Part shown: positions 1 to 7,223 of the stretch, in pieces
How positions within the stretch are numbered: position 1 is the first letter of the stretch
How the letters are laid out: the number at the start of each line of letters is the position of its first letter
Virus record (IMG/VR): IMGVR_UViG_3300010285_000006
Coordinates: 1 to 38,303 of that record
DNA: 38,303 nt
Direction: 5' to 3' (one strand)
Source: a virus
Translations under genes and position numbers: made by a program
Notes under the pieces: model-generated
What the model saw: the letters and a program-made list of their open reading frames with translations, nothing else
Databases searched by the model: none
What the model was told of the DNA's origin: nothing

Positions 1-123
1 AAAATAGATAGAGTCTCCAGAAGTGTTTCAGACTTCTCTTCTCTCATTGATGAGCTCATTAGTCTAGATATAGGTTTTATTTGTATAAAGGATAATTTTG
101 ATACTACCACTCCTATGGGCAGA
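1..123. repeat. Terminal direct repeat, left copy. It is identical to 38181..38303 and marks a circular or concatemeric assembly overlap.
   Basis: Base-by-base comparison: aaaatagatagagtctccag...cctatgggcaga is present at both window ends (123/123). Confidence 0.97.
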
Positions 124-1884
124 GCTATGATGATGATTACAGCTGTATTTGCTCAATTGGAGCGTGAAACCATAGCAGAGCGTGTAAAGGATAACATGAT
201 TGATAGAGCTAAGCTTGGCAAGTGGAACGGGGGTCCCATACCCCTGGGCTATAATATACATACTGAAACTATTGAATATCAAGGTAGAAAAAAGAAAACT
301 TCCAAGCTTGTAATCGATGAAGATGAAGCTGCCATAGTAAGACAAATTTTCGATATGTATATTGAGCTAGGCTCTATTAGAGGCACTGCTATAAAACTAA
401 ATCAAGTGGGTATTAAAACTAAGTCCGGATCCAATTGGAGCGATAGTCAGGTAAGCAGAATCCTCCAGAATGCTATATATTGTATTTCAGACCAGGATGC
501 TTATGAATACTATAAAAATCATACTAAGGTCCAGATAGCAAACCATGAAACTGAATTTGATGGCAATCATGGTTTGATGTTTTATAACCGCCGTAAAGAA
601 CATAAAAACACCACCAAAGAGCGTGATGAGTCTGAGTGGATCCTCTCCATTGGTGAACATCAAGGTATAATTCCCGGGGCAATACATAAAAAAGTACAAT
701 TATTGCTAAAATCCAACAAAGTAAAAGCTCCTCGCACTGGTACCTCTGCAAAATCTCCACTAACAAATGTAAAATGTGATATTTGTGGCCAGGCCATGAG
801 CATATATTCATCTAGGTCCAACCCAGATAAACCTTATGTAGGATTTTTCCGCTGCAACAAAAAAGAGCGTATGGGATTAAAGTGTGCTAATAAAAGCGTA
901 AAAGCTGATCTATTAGAAAGAGTAATAGTATCGGCAATATCAAAACTCTATGAAGATGAAAAATCGGTTATAGAGGCAATAAATGCGTACAACAACGATA
1001 ATGACGATAAGAGGATTCCTAAGATAGCAGAAAAGCAAAACTTGACAAGACAAGTGGATGAAATTGAGAGAGAAATAAAGAATCTTGTTACTGCTCTTGG
1101 TAAGAACACTCTTCCTGAAATACTCATCCAGGAAAGGTATTCAGAACTGCAGAAGCAAAAAAATACCCTCCTAGATAGGATAAGCACTATTGAAGATGAA
1201 CTCAATGAGATAAGCATAAATGAGCATAACATAGATCAAACACTTAAATATGTAAAGGTTTTCAAAGAGTCATACTATACTCTTGATCTTGAGGAAAGAA
1301 GAAAACTCTTAAGTAGTATAATAAAAGAAGTCAGAGTTAATAGGGATAAAGTTAAACTTGAGCTCTATTTTCTTCCCGCTGTTGACTTGGATTCACCTGC
1401 ATTTTGCTACCAAATGGGTGTCCATGCGTTAGCAAAATGCAAAACTATATCAATTGAAGCCTCTCTTTTTGATGAAAGTTCAATTGAAAAACTCCCTAAA
1501 AATACATTTGAAGAAAAGCTTATATATATAATGAAGAAACTCAATCTTAATAAGAAGGAAATGGCTAAGAAATGTGGTTTTTCTGTAGCTTTGTTTTCGC
1601 TCTGGAGAAAAGGTTCTAAACCTGAACTCAGGACAATTAAAAAGATATCCAATGCAACTGGATATCCTATGAGCTTTTTTATAGATCCAAACATTTTACC
1701 TGAGAATACACTTGGTGAGATTATATATAAATATAGAACTCTATCAGGAATGAGTAAAGCTGATCTTGCTAGTAAGGTTGGTTTAGAAGAGAGCACTATA
1801 AAGGATTATGAAAAGGATAAGTTTAGAGGCAAAAATCAAGTAACTGTAAAAAAGATATTTAAAGAGATAGGTTATATCAAATGA
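1..1884 (+). CDS. int: Large serine recombinase, remainder: recombinase domain, Zn-ribbon, coiled coil, and an unusual C-terminal extension with two XRE-type HTH units.
   Basis: AVFAQLERETIAERV resolvase core. Recombinase domain present. Cys cluster CDICG...FRCNKKERMGLKC. Coiled coil EIEREIKNLV...TIEDELNEI. After ...KLELYFLP there are about 165 further aa holding two HTH-like units (NKKEMAKKCGFSVALFSLWRKG and SKADLASKVGLEESTIKDYEKD). The composite protein is about 701 aa. Confidence 0.9.
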   Translation, partial: KIDRVSRSVSDFSSLIDELISLDIGFICIKDNFDTTTPMGRAMMMITAVFAQLERETIAERVKDNMIDRAKLGKWNGGPIPLGYNIHTETIEYQGRKKKTSKLVIDEDEAAIVRQIFDMYIELGSIRGTAIKLNQVGIKTKSGSNWSDSQVSRILQNAIYCISDQDAYEYYKNHTKVQIANHETEFDGNHGLMFYNRRKEHKNTTKERDESEWILSIGEHQGIIPGAIHKKVQLLLKSNKVKAPRTGTSAKSPLTNVKCDICGQAMSIYSSRSNPDKPYVGFFRCNKKERMGLKCANKSVKADLLERVIVSAISKLYEDEKSVIEAINAYNNDNDDKRIPKIAEKQNLTRQVDEIEREIKNLVTALGKNTLPEILIQERYSELQKQKNTLLDRISTIEDELNEISINEHNIDQTLKYVKVFKESYYTLDLEERRKLLSSIIKEVRVNRDKVKLELYFLPAVDLDSPAFCYQMGVHALAKCKTISIEASLFDESSIEKLPKNTFEEKLIYIMKKLNLNKKEMAKKCGFSVALFSLWRKGSKPELRTIKKISNATGYPMSFFIDPNILPENTLGEIIYKYRTLSGMSKADLASKVGLEESTIKDYEKDKFRGKNQVTVKKIFKEIGYIK

Positions 1885-2014
1885 CTATTAAGTTGATTAT
1901 GTAATTACAAGAATTATTATGATTATTTCAAATATTAAGTATGTTCTTTGTATTAATACATAATTCTGGGCTAAAGCTGAATAAATATATAAAAAGCCAG
2001 TATTAATGATGGCA

Positions 2015-2044
2015 ATAAAAAAGACCACAAATGGTCTTTTTTAT
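2015..2044. terminator. Bidirectional rho-independent terminator between the convergent integrase and STAS-like genes.
   Basis: aaaaaagacca-caaa-tggtctttttt: a 7-bp stem extended by an A-run and a T-run, so it can work on both strands. Confidence 0.7.
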
Positions 2045-2049
2045 TGCTT

Positions 2050-2349
2050 TTATTTAATAAGTTCAGCTTCTTTAACCCTATTTTCTATAGCTTTTTTAAT
2101 ACACATCCCTATAAATGGAGTAAGATTAGTAAATGTTGTTCTCTGCTTAAACTCATTCAATCCAACCTCAGCAACTTTTTTACCAAAAACTTCATCGGCA
2201 AATGAATTTGTTACCAAAGTCACATCTAAAAAATCAAATTCTAACTTTTCTTCACTACCATTAAATAACCTATCAAGTTCTAACTTGACTATTCTGCCGA
2301 GGTGTCTTGTACCTAATGTAGAACCAAATTCACTAAATCTAATTTTCAC
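2050..2349 (-). CDS. Small STAS-like protein (DUF4325-type).
   Basis: 99 aa with a GTG start after AAGGAGGTG. LEFDFLDVTLVTNSFADEVFGKKV matches my memory of the DUF4325 (STAS-like) core. It lies 42 nt downstream of the GHKL gene. Confidence 0.65.
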   Translation of the reverse strand: MKIRFSEFGSTLGTRHLGRIVKLELDRLFNGSEEKLEFDFLDVTLVTNSFADEVFGKKVAEVGLNEFKQRTTFTNLTPFIGMCIKKAIENRVKEAELIK

Positions 2350-2391
2350 AAAAACACCTCCTTGTTATTAAATCATACCACAAAAATTCAT

Positions 2392-3324
2392 CTACCACAA
2401 TAAAAAATCCTCATTATCAATTTCATCTAGATATCTACTAGGTAAAGAATATTTTTTATTTGTATCAAATACATCATAAATATCTATATCTATGTTTTTA
2501 TTAACTTTCAATGTTATTATTGTACCATCCCATTTATTATCTAATTCATATGCATAGCAATTACCTTCACCTATGTATAAATGCCCGTTGTTACTATAAA
2601 TATGCATTTCCCCTAAATTTCGCTCAACAAACCTTCTTGTAATATATAATCCATTTCCTTGCCCTGAACCTACTGTGACTTGCTTTTCAGTTGATTTTAT
2701 TAAGCACTCGATATTATTTAAATTAGCATATATAGCATTTTGCTTCAAAGAACCTGGAATACCTATTCCATTGTCTACTACACAGAACTCAACATGATCT
2801 TTATAGCTCTGAGCAATTAGAAATCCACCTATATGGGATTGTGAGTGTTCGAAAACATTATCTAAAAGTTCGTTAAAGGACCAGTCAATTGTATAGTATA
2901 AACTTTTAGATATACAATCATTATTAACCAGTATAGCCATTATTTCATCTACTAAATCATAATTTATTGCGGTTATATTCTTTATTGTAATAAATCTTCC
3001 AGCTTCATTATATCTATTAAAGTTTTCATAATTATCTATTCCAAGTATATTGTAAAAATCCATTCTTGATATATATTGGTCAATATCCGAGTTTGGTTTT
3101 ACAGATATATCTAAAAAATGGGAAGTATAAATTTTATTAACAAGATAACTTACTAATACAGTCAGAGCACTAGGAGAAATATATCTGCACTTACTAAAAT
3201 CTACAATAATCTCATTATAATCAGAAACTATGTACTTGTTATCAATATCATTAAATTGTTCAAATAATGATTCTAGATTAATATCTCTACATATTCTCAA
3301 AATATAACGACCCAATAAAATCAC
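2392..3324 (-). CDS. GHKL (HATPase_c) ATPase or SpoIIAB/RsbW-like serine kinase, with an N-terminal STAS-like region.
   Basis: N box ELLDNVFEHS, G1 box VVDNGIGIPG, G2 box GSGQGNGLY. N-terminal IIVDFSKCRYISPSALTVLVSYL is STAS-like. The start is uncertain (GTG 3324 or TTG 3315, both after AAAGGTGA). Confidence 0.7.
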   Translation of the reverse strand: MILLGRYILRICRDINLESLFEQFNDIDNKYIVSDYNEIIVDFSKCRYISPSALTVLVSYLVNKIYTSHFLDISVKPNSDIDQYISRMDFYNILGIDNYENFNRYNEAGRFITIKNITAINYDLVDEIMAILVNNDCISKSLYYTIDWSFNELLDNVFEHSQSHIGGFLIAQSYKDHVEFCVVDNGIGIPGSLKQNAIYANLNNIECLIKSTEKQVTVGSGQGNGLYITRRFVERNLGEMHIYSNNGHLYIGEGNCYAYELDNKWDGTIITLKVNKNIDIDIYDVFDTNKKYSLPSRYLDEIDNEDFLLW

Positions 3325-3412
3325 CTTTATGTAAATATATATTGTTATATTTACTAAATTCTACAATTTGTTCTGGAATCCTCTTATATTTTATCGACAT
3401 ATTTCTACATGT

Positions 3413-3449
3413 AAAAATAAAAAAAGAGGATAGCCTTTCAACTACCCTC
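3413..3449 (-). terminator. Rho-independent terminator ending the late (lysis) operon.
   Basis: Minus strand GAGGGTAG-TTGAAAGG-CTATCCTC followed by TTTTTTTATTTTT. The stem overlaps the endolysin stop codon. Confidence 0.65.
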
Positions 3450-4056
3450 TCATCCTATACAGCATGGTCCAGACTTCTTCCCTTGTTATAGGTTCCTTTG
3501 GCCTAGTACCATCGCTTATTCCCTTTTCTTTTACCCATTTCCAGGCATCCTTTGCCCAGTCGCTTACTTCATCTTCTTTTTTATGCTTTAATAACTTATC
3601 CATTTCCTTTTGAATTCTACCTAAAAAATCGTTCCAATAAGGCAATATCAATCTTGGGCACTCTTTACCTGACCAGCTTTTGTGAGTGCGTACTCTGTCT
3701 ATACCCCATCCGCGCTCAACAAGCATTTTTGCAATTAATTCAACAGCATTTTGCTCAGTCTTTTTGTAATCACCGCTTTCGCATATCTCTATGCCTATGC
3801 TGGTACTATTCCCCTCGGCTTTACCGCTGTGATAAGCGACCTCATCAAGTGGTATACATTCAACTGCTTGGTTTTCATCTACCACTATATGAAAGCTAGC
3901 TGACCTCGTATTCTCTGGATTGACTAGCCAGTTTCTTTCGTTCATTGCAGTGCTTTTAGGATTGCCTGTATTGTGTACTGTGATAGATGTCATTTCTGTC
4001 TTGACTCCAGGTCTCTTTCCCTTTTTAATAGGTATGTGATTTATAATGTACTCCAT
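3442..4056 (-). CDS. Endolysin, N-acetylmuramoyl-L-alanine amidase (Amidase_2/PGRP type).
   Basis: ITVHNTGNPKSTA...SFHIVVDENQ...AYHSG...IGIEICE are Zn-amidase motifs. ATG at 4056 follows GGTGGTG. The C-terminal WAKDAWKWVKEKGISDG...ITREE is like a cell-wall-binding motif. Confidence 0.85.
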   Translation of the reverse strand: MEYIINHIPIKKGKRPGVKTEMTSITVHNTGNPKSTAMNERNWLVNPENTRSASFHIVVDENQAVECIPLDEVAYHSGKAEGNSTSIGIEICESGDYKKTEQNAVELIAKMLVERGWGIDRVRTHKSWSGKECPRLILPYWNDFLGRIQKEMDKLLKHKKEDEVSDWAKDAWKWVKEKGISDGTRPKEPITREEVWTMLYRMRG

Positions 4057-4068
4057 GGTTTTCACCAC

Positions 4069-4398
4069 CTAATCAATTTTATAAGACTCATTCAATACCC
4101 CGTCATCCATATAGTCCATAAGTTTCTTGTACAGCCATCTAACAATCTGCCTTAAAGTAGCCTCTCCTATAAACAGTCGCAAAGATAGTGGTAACCTCTG
4201 CAGGACCAACCTCACGACATACTCTTCCTGCTGCTTTCCATTCTTAAGTATTTGGTCCTTCGCGTATCTCTTAGCCTGAGCTATGCCTGCATAGATGATA
4301 CGCTTAGCCTTTTCCCATTCAAATAGGCAAAATAAAACTGCAGCTATCATAAGCAGCAGTATGAATCTTAGTTCCCATACGATATTTATTATTTTCAT
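4069..4398 (-). CDS. Putative holin or lysis-associated membrane protein.
   Basis: 109 aa with an N-terminal TM helix (FILLLMIAAVLFCLF) and a charged tail. It sits between the XhlA and endolysin genes. Confidence 0.4.
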   Translation of the reverse strand: MKIINIVWELRFILLLMIAAVLFCLFEWEKAKRIIYAGIAQAKRYAKDQILKNGKQQEEYVVRLVLQRLPLSLRLFIGEATLRQIVRWLYKKLMDYMDDGVLNESYKID

Positions 4399-4421
4399 TA
4401 ATATAACCTCCTAAATTTATA

Positions 4422-4676
4422 TTATTTAAAGAGTCCCTGTTGCACTGCGTAAAAAAAGAAGCTAATAAAAGCTCCAACCAATGCTGCAATAAACCATTTC
4501 ATAGTTTTATTTAATTGCTCTAATTGGGTTATTAAATTATTCAGTCTTTCTTCTAATCTTCCATTTGCCAATTCTATTCTGTCTAGTCTTTCTGAATGAC
4601 TGTTTAATCTTCTTTCATGCAATTCAAGCTTTTCATCTATTCTTTTATGTCTTTCATCACATATTGATTTTTCCAT
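4422..4676 (-). CDS. xhlA: XhlA-family lysis protein (haemolysin XhlA-like).
   Basis: 84 aa. A coiled N-terminus (HERRLNSHSERLDRIE...LEERLNNL) is followed by a C-terminal TM helix (WFIAALVGAFISFFFY), as in PBSX XhlA. Confidence 0.75.
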   Translation of the reverse strand: MEKSICDERHKRIDEKLELHERRLNSHSERLDRIELANGRLEERLNNLITQLEQLNKTMKWFIAALVGAFISFFFYAVQQGLFK

Positions 4677-4925
4677 TTTGTCATTACCTCACTTTCTTTC
4701 AAATTGAGGAAGCAGGGCATAAAAAATACACCCTGCTCTAGGTGTTGTATCGCATTAATACTCTAATGCGTTTTAAGTAAATGTATAAAACTTATTAACT
4801 TTTTGTATTGTAGCCAGAAAAGGCATTTCATTTTTGTACTGTTCTACTTGCTCCATAAGCACTTTTGAGCCTGTAAATAATATTTTATTTTCTCCGTAGT
4901 AATTGCAATATTTGTTGAAGCAAAA

Positions 4926-5084
4926 TCAGAAAATCTTTTCACTTATACCGCCTCTATTATAATACACTTCTCCAGTAATTTCTTTATACTGTTCAGGCGT
5001 TATCTTCCCTTTTGTTACTGCTTGCTTACATTGCTCGAGTGTTGCCATTCTTAACGGATAGGCAAATTTCAACCATTCATACAT
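4926..5084 (-). CDS. xkdX: XkdX-family small tail-region protein. It is not in the ORF track because it is under 60 aa.
   Basis: Hand translation: MYEWLKFAYPLRMATLEQCKQAVTKGKITPEQYKEITGEVYYNRGGISEKIF. The KGxITxEQYKEITGE signature is that of XkdX. Confidence 0.75.
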   Translation of the reverse strand: MYEWLKFAYPLRMATLEQCKQAVTKGKITPEQYKEITGEVYYNRGGISEKIF

Positions 5085-5085
5085 T

Positions 5086-5283
5086 TTACATCACCTCTAA
5101 CATAATATTGGTAATTTGTTGCCCCATAGCCTCTATAATAGACAAATATTCATTAAATGGTACTATTGTTTCATCGTATTCCCACCCGTGGAACCCTTCT
5201 TCGCTTTCCTCATCAACTCTCACTATATTTTTGCGTATATATACTTTGTCCTGTAAAACTTCAATTGGCTTTAATTCTATCAT
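5086..5283 (-). CDS. Hypothetical small tail-region protein (in the XkdW position).
   Basis: ATG at 5283 follows AAGAGGAA. Called from its position between the tail fibre and XkdX genes. Confidence 0.5.
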   Translation of the reverse strand: MIELKPIEVLQDKVYIRKNIVRVDEESEEGFHGWEYDETIVPFNEYLSIIEAMGQQITNIMLEVM

Positions 5284-5334
5284 AGTTCCTCTTACTTTCA
5301 CTTGGAATCACCTCTTTATAATATTTTTCAACTT

Positions 5335-5366
5335 GCCCCTGAGATGAGTGACTAAGAACCCCCTGT
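5335..5366 (-). repeat. 32-nt A-containing copy of part of the tail-fibre 3' end (5503..5534). Candidate vestigial DGR template repeat.
   Basis: 27/32 identical. All 5 mismatches are A in this copy versus G in the gene, read on the coding strand. Confidence 0.6.
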
Positions 5367-5391
5367 TTTACTTGCCTATATATTTATATTT

Positions 5392-7044
5392 TTATTTTCT
5401 GGGTATACAAAGCAAGCCACCGCCGATAGGACGATTCCGAACACCCGACGAACTACCCGCATGCAGACAGCACGCCCCCGCACCCGAGCCATAAGTCCAA
5501 TCGCCCCCGAGACGAGCGACCAAGAACCCCCCGTAGGTTGCGTTCTGCCAGAAGTAATCGTTTAAAGGTTTATTGCTCGCCCCGAGCGTTTCACTTGGGA
5601 GATACATAAAGTCGCAATCTGGATGATAGCCTATTGCACTAATATATCCATTAGTTTTTGCTAATGTAAATCCACACGGCTTATACGGGTCTGTTTTAAT
5701 ATCACTAACAAAATTGCTGTCTGCCCAATATGCTTCGTGGATACCATTAGCTTCAATATTTAATCCATCAGCCCACTTCAAAATGTTACCCCAAGGATTT
5801 TCTCTGCCACGATAAGATACCGATACTTGCCCATTAGTTCCAGGAGCCATACCAGAAGCGTTACCCAAGGAGGACGTTGCACCTGTGTTAGTAGCCATAT
5901 TTGTAGCACCATCGTCGGCAACATCTACTCGACCTCTGCCTATCACTGTTTGAAAATCAAATGTTGCATACTCAATTGACATCAGCATGACCTCTGCATA
6001 ATCTGCAAGTATATCTAACTGTTGCCAACCCTCACCACGATTATTTGCTAATTTACGTGTGTTTACGATAGTCAGGTTTTGCGTTAATCCGCTTGCAGGC
6101 TTTACACCTGCTATGGATGATAGTTTGTCGGTATTGAAGTCAGCCACTTGGTTATCGTTCGACAAGTAAGCGCCTGCTGACACGTCAAATATGCTGCCTT
6201 CATAAGCGGGATAATAAATATAGTCATATTCAACGCCATTACGGATAAAAGCGGGATGTAATTTAAAGCCTGCTTTCGGATAATCCGATATATAATCCCG
6301 CCATTTACGTAGATGAAAGCCTATCCCGTTCTGAATAGGTTCAAGTACAAGCGGTACTCTTTTGTAATAAAATTTTGGCTGTTCTACCATCACCTGTACA
6401 GGTGTGCCAACAGGATATACAGTACCATTTTTGTTTATTTCAATAGTTGTAAATCCTGTTTCAATATATCCAGGATCCCCGTAATATGCAAGTACAGTTG
6501 TATCGTCAGCTACAATACAACGTCTACGTTTATAAGCATTAATATTGTCAAAATTTGCTCCTGCTGATTTTCCGACTGCTCCGGCAAGTCTTGTTATTGT
6601 ATTATTTGGTATATCTACTTCTATACCATATATATCGTTATCGGTATAACCAACGTAAGCTTTTAGGTTCGCAATATCTTCCAAATGTGACTTAACTCTA
6701 GTATTAACTTCATTTATTGAACCAACTAAATTAGATTTTTCATCAGTATTCAAATCTTCTAAATTTCCAACTTCTTCCATAAACGACGCAAGTATCTGAT
6801 CTGTATGATCAAGCCTTGCAGGTAATGTATCAAAAGTCCCATATTGAGAACTAACCCTACTTGCCAAAACTTCTACATCTTTATTAGGGTCCAAATCTTG
6901 TCCCTTCAGAATTTCGTCAACTCTATCTTTCAGCTCATTGAGCTCGTCCACTTCATTTTGGACCCTGTCAAACCCTTGGGTGATTTTCTTATATTCCTGG
7001 CTAATTGGAGCCGATGGTGTCAGATTTGCATACCTATTCGCCAT
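5392..7044 (-). CDS. Tail fibre or receptor-binding protein with a G-rich, adenine-depleted C-terminal segment.
   Basis: About 550 aa. ATG at 7044 follows GGAGAAGGGA. N-terminal coiled coil. Last large gene of the tail module. The C-terminus GGDWTYGSGAGACCLHAGSSSGVRNRPIGGGLLC is encoded by 5412..5540. Confidence 0.7.
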   Translation of the reverse strand: MANRYANLTPSAPISQEYKKITQGFDRVQNEVDELNELKDRVDEILKGQDLDPNKDVEVLASRVSSQYGTFDTLPARLDHTDQILASFMEEVGNLEDLNTDEKSNLVGSINEVNTRVKSHLEDIANLKAYVGYTDNDIYGIEVDIPNNTITRLAGAVGKSAGANFDNINAYKRRRCIVADDTTVLAYYGDPGYIETGFTTIEINKNGTVYPVGTPVQVMVEQPKFYYKRVPLVLEPIQNGIGFHLRKWRDYISDYPKAGFKLHPAFIRNGVEYDYIYYPAYEGSIFDVSAGAYLSNDNQVADFNTDKLSSIAGVKPASGLTQNLTIVNTRKLANNRGEGWQQLDILADYAEVMLMSIEYATFDFQTVIGRGRVDVADDGATNMATNTGATSSLGNASGMAPGTNGQVSVSYRGRENPWGNILKWADGLNIEANGIHEAYWADSNFVSDIKTDPYKPCGFTLAKTNGYISAIGYHPDCDFMYLPSETLGASNKPLNDYFWQNATYGGFLVARLGGDWTYGSGAGACCLHAGSSSGVRNRPIGGGLLCIPRK

Positions 7045-7210
7045 TTTGTTCTGCGCTCCCTTCTCCTTTATGCAAAGCATTAATCAAATCTACATAAGCT
7101 GGTACTTCTTTACCAGATAATTGAGCACGGCTTAAAAATTCCTGTAAAATTACAAATTGTTCTTCTGTTAGCTTTATATTTATCATTTTTCCTTTTCTAA
7201 TTTCCGACAT
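7034..7210 (-). CDS. Hypothetical small protein.
   Basis: ATG at 7210 follows GAGGTGA. It overlaps the tail-fibre start by 11 nt. Confidence 0.45.
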   Translation of the reverse strand: MSEIRKGKMINIKLTEEQFVILQEFLSRAQLSGKEVPAYVDLINALHKGEGSAEQNGE

Positions 7211-7223
7211 TTTAATTATCACC

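Noticed and set aside
64-1796. Minus-strand ORFs (93, 70, 95, 94 and 129 aa) opposite the integrase gene, and similar antisense ORFs listed throughout the track.
   Set aside because: They are nested antisense to well-supported CDSs, have hydrophobic or low-complexity translations typical of AT-rich antisense frames, and have no RBS.
1949-1960. The 12-bp palindrome TGTATTAATACA, downstream of int, as a possible attP core.
   Set aside because: Serine-integrase attP sites cannot be recognised from sequence alone. The AT-rich context makes such palindromes likely by chance. Identification needs attB/attL/attR from a host genome.
5392-7044. An autonomous diversity-generating retroelement.
   Set aside because: No reverse transcriptase (no YxDD-type ORF) or Avd-like gene exists in any frame of the complete genome, and the TR-like copy is only about 32-45 nt. 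It is reported only as a DGR-like remnant or trans-target hypothesis.
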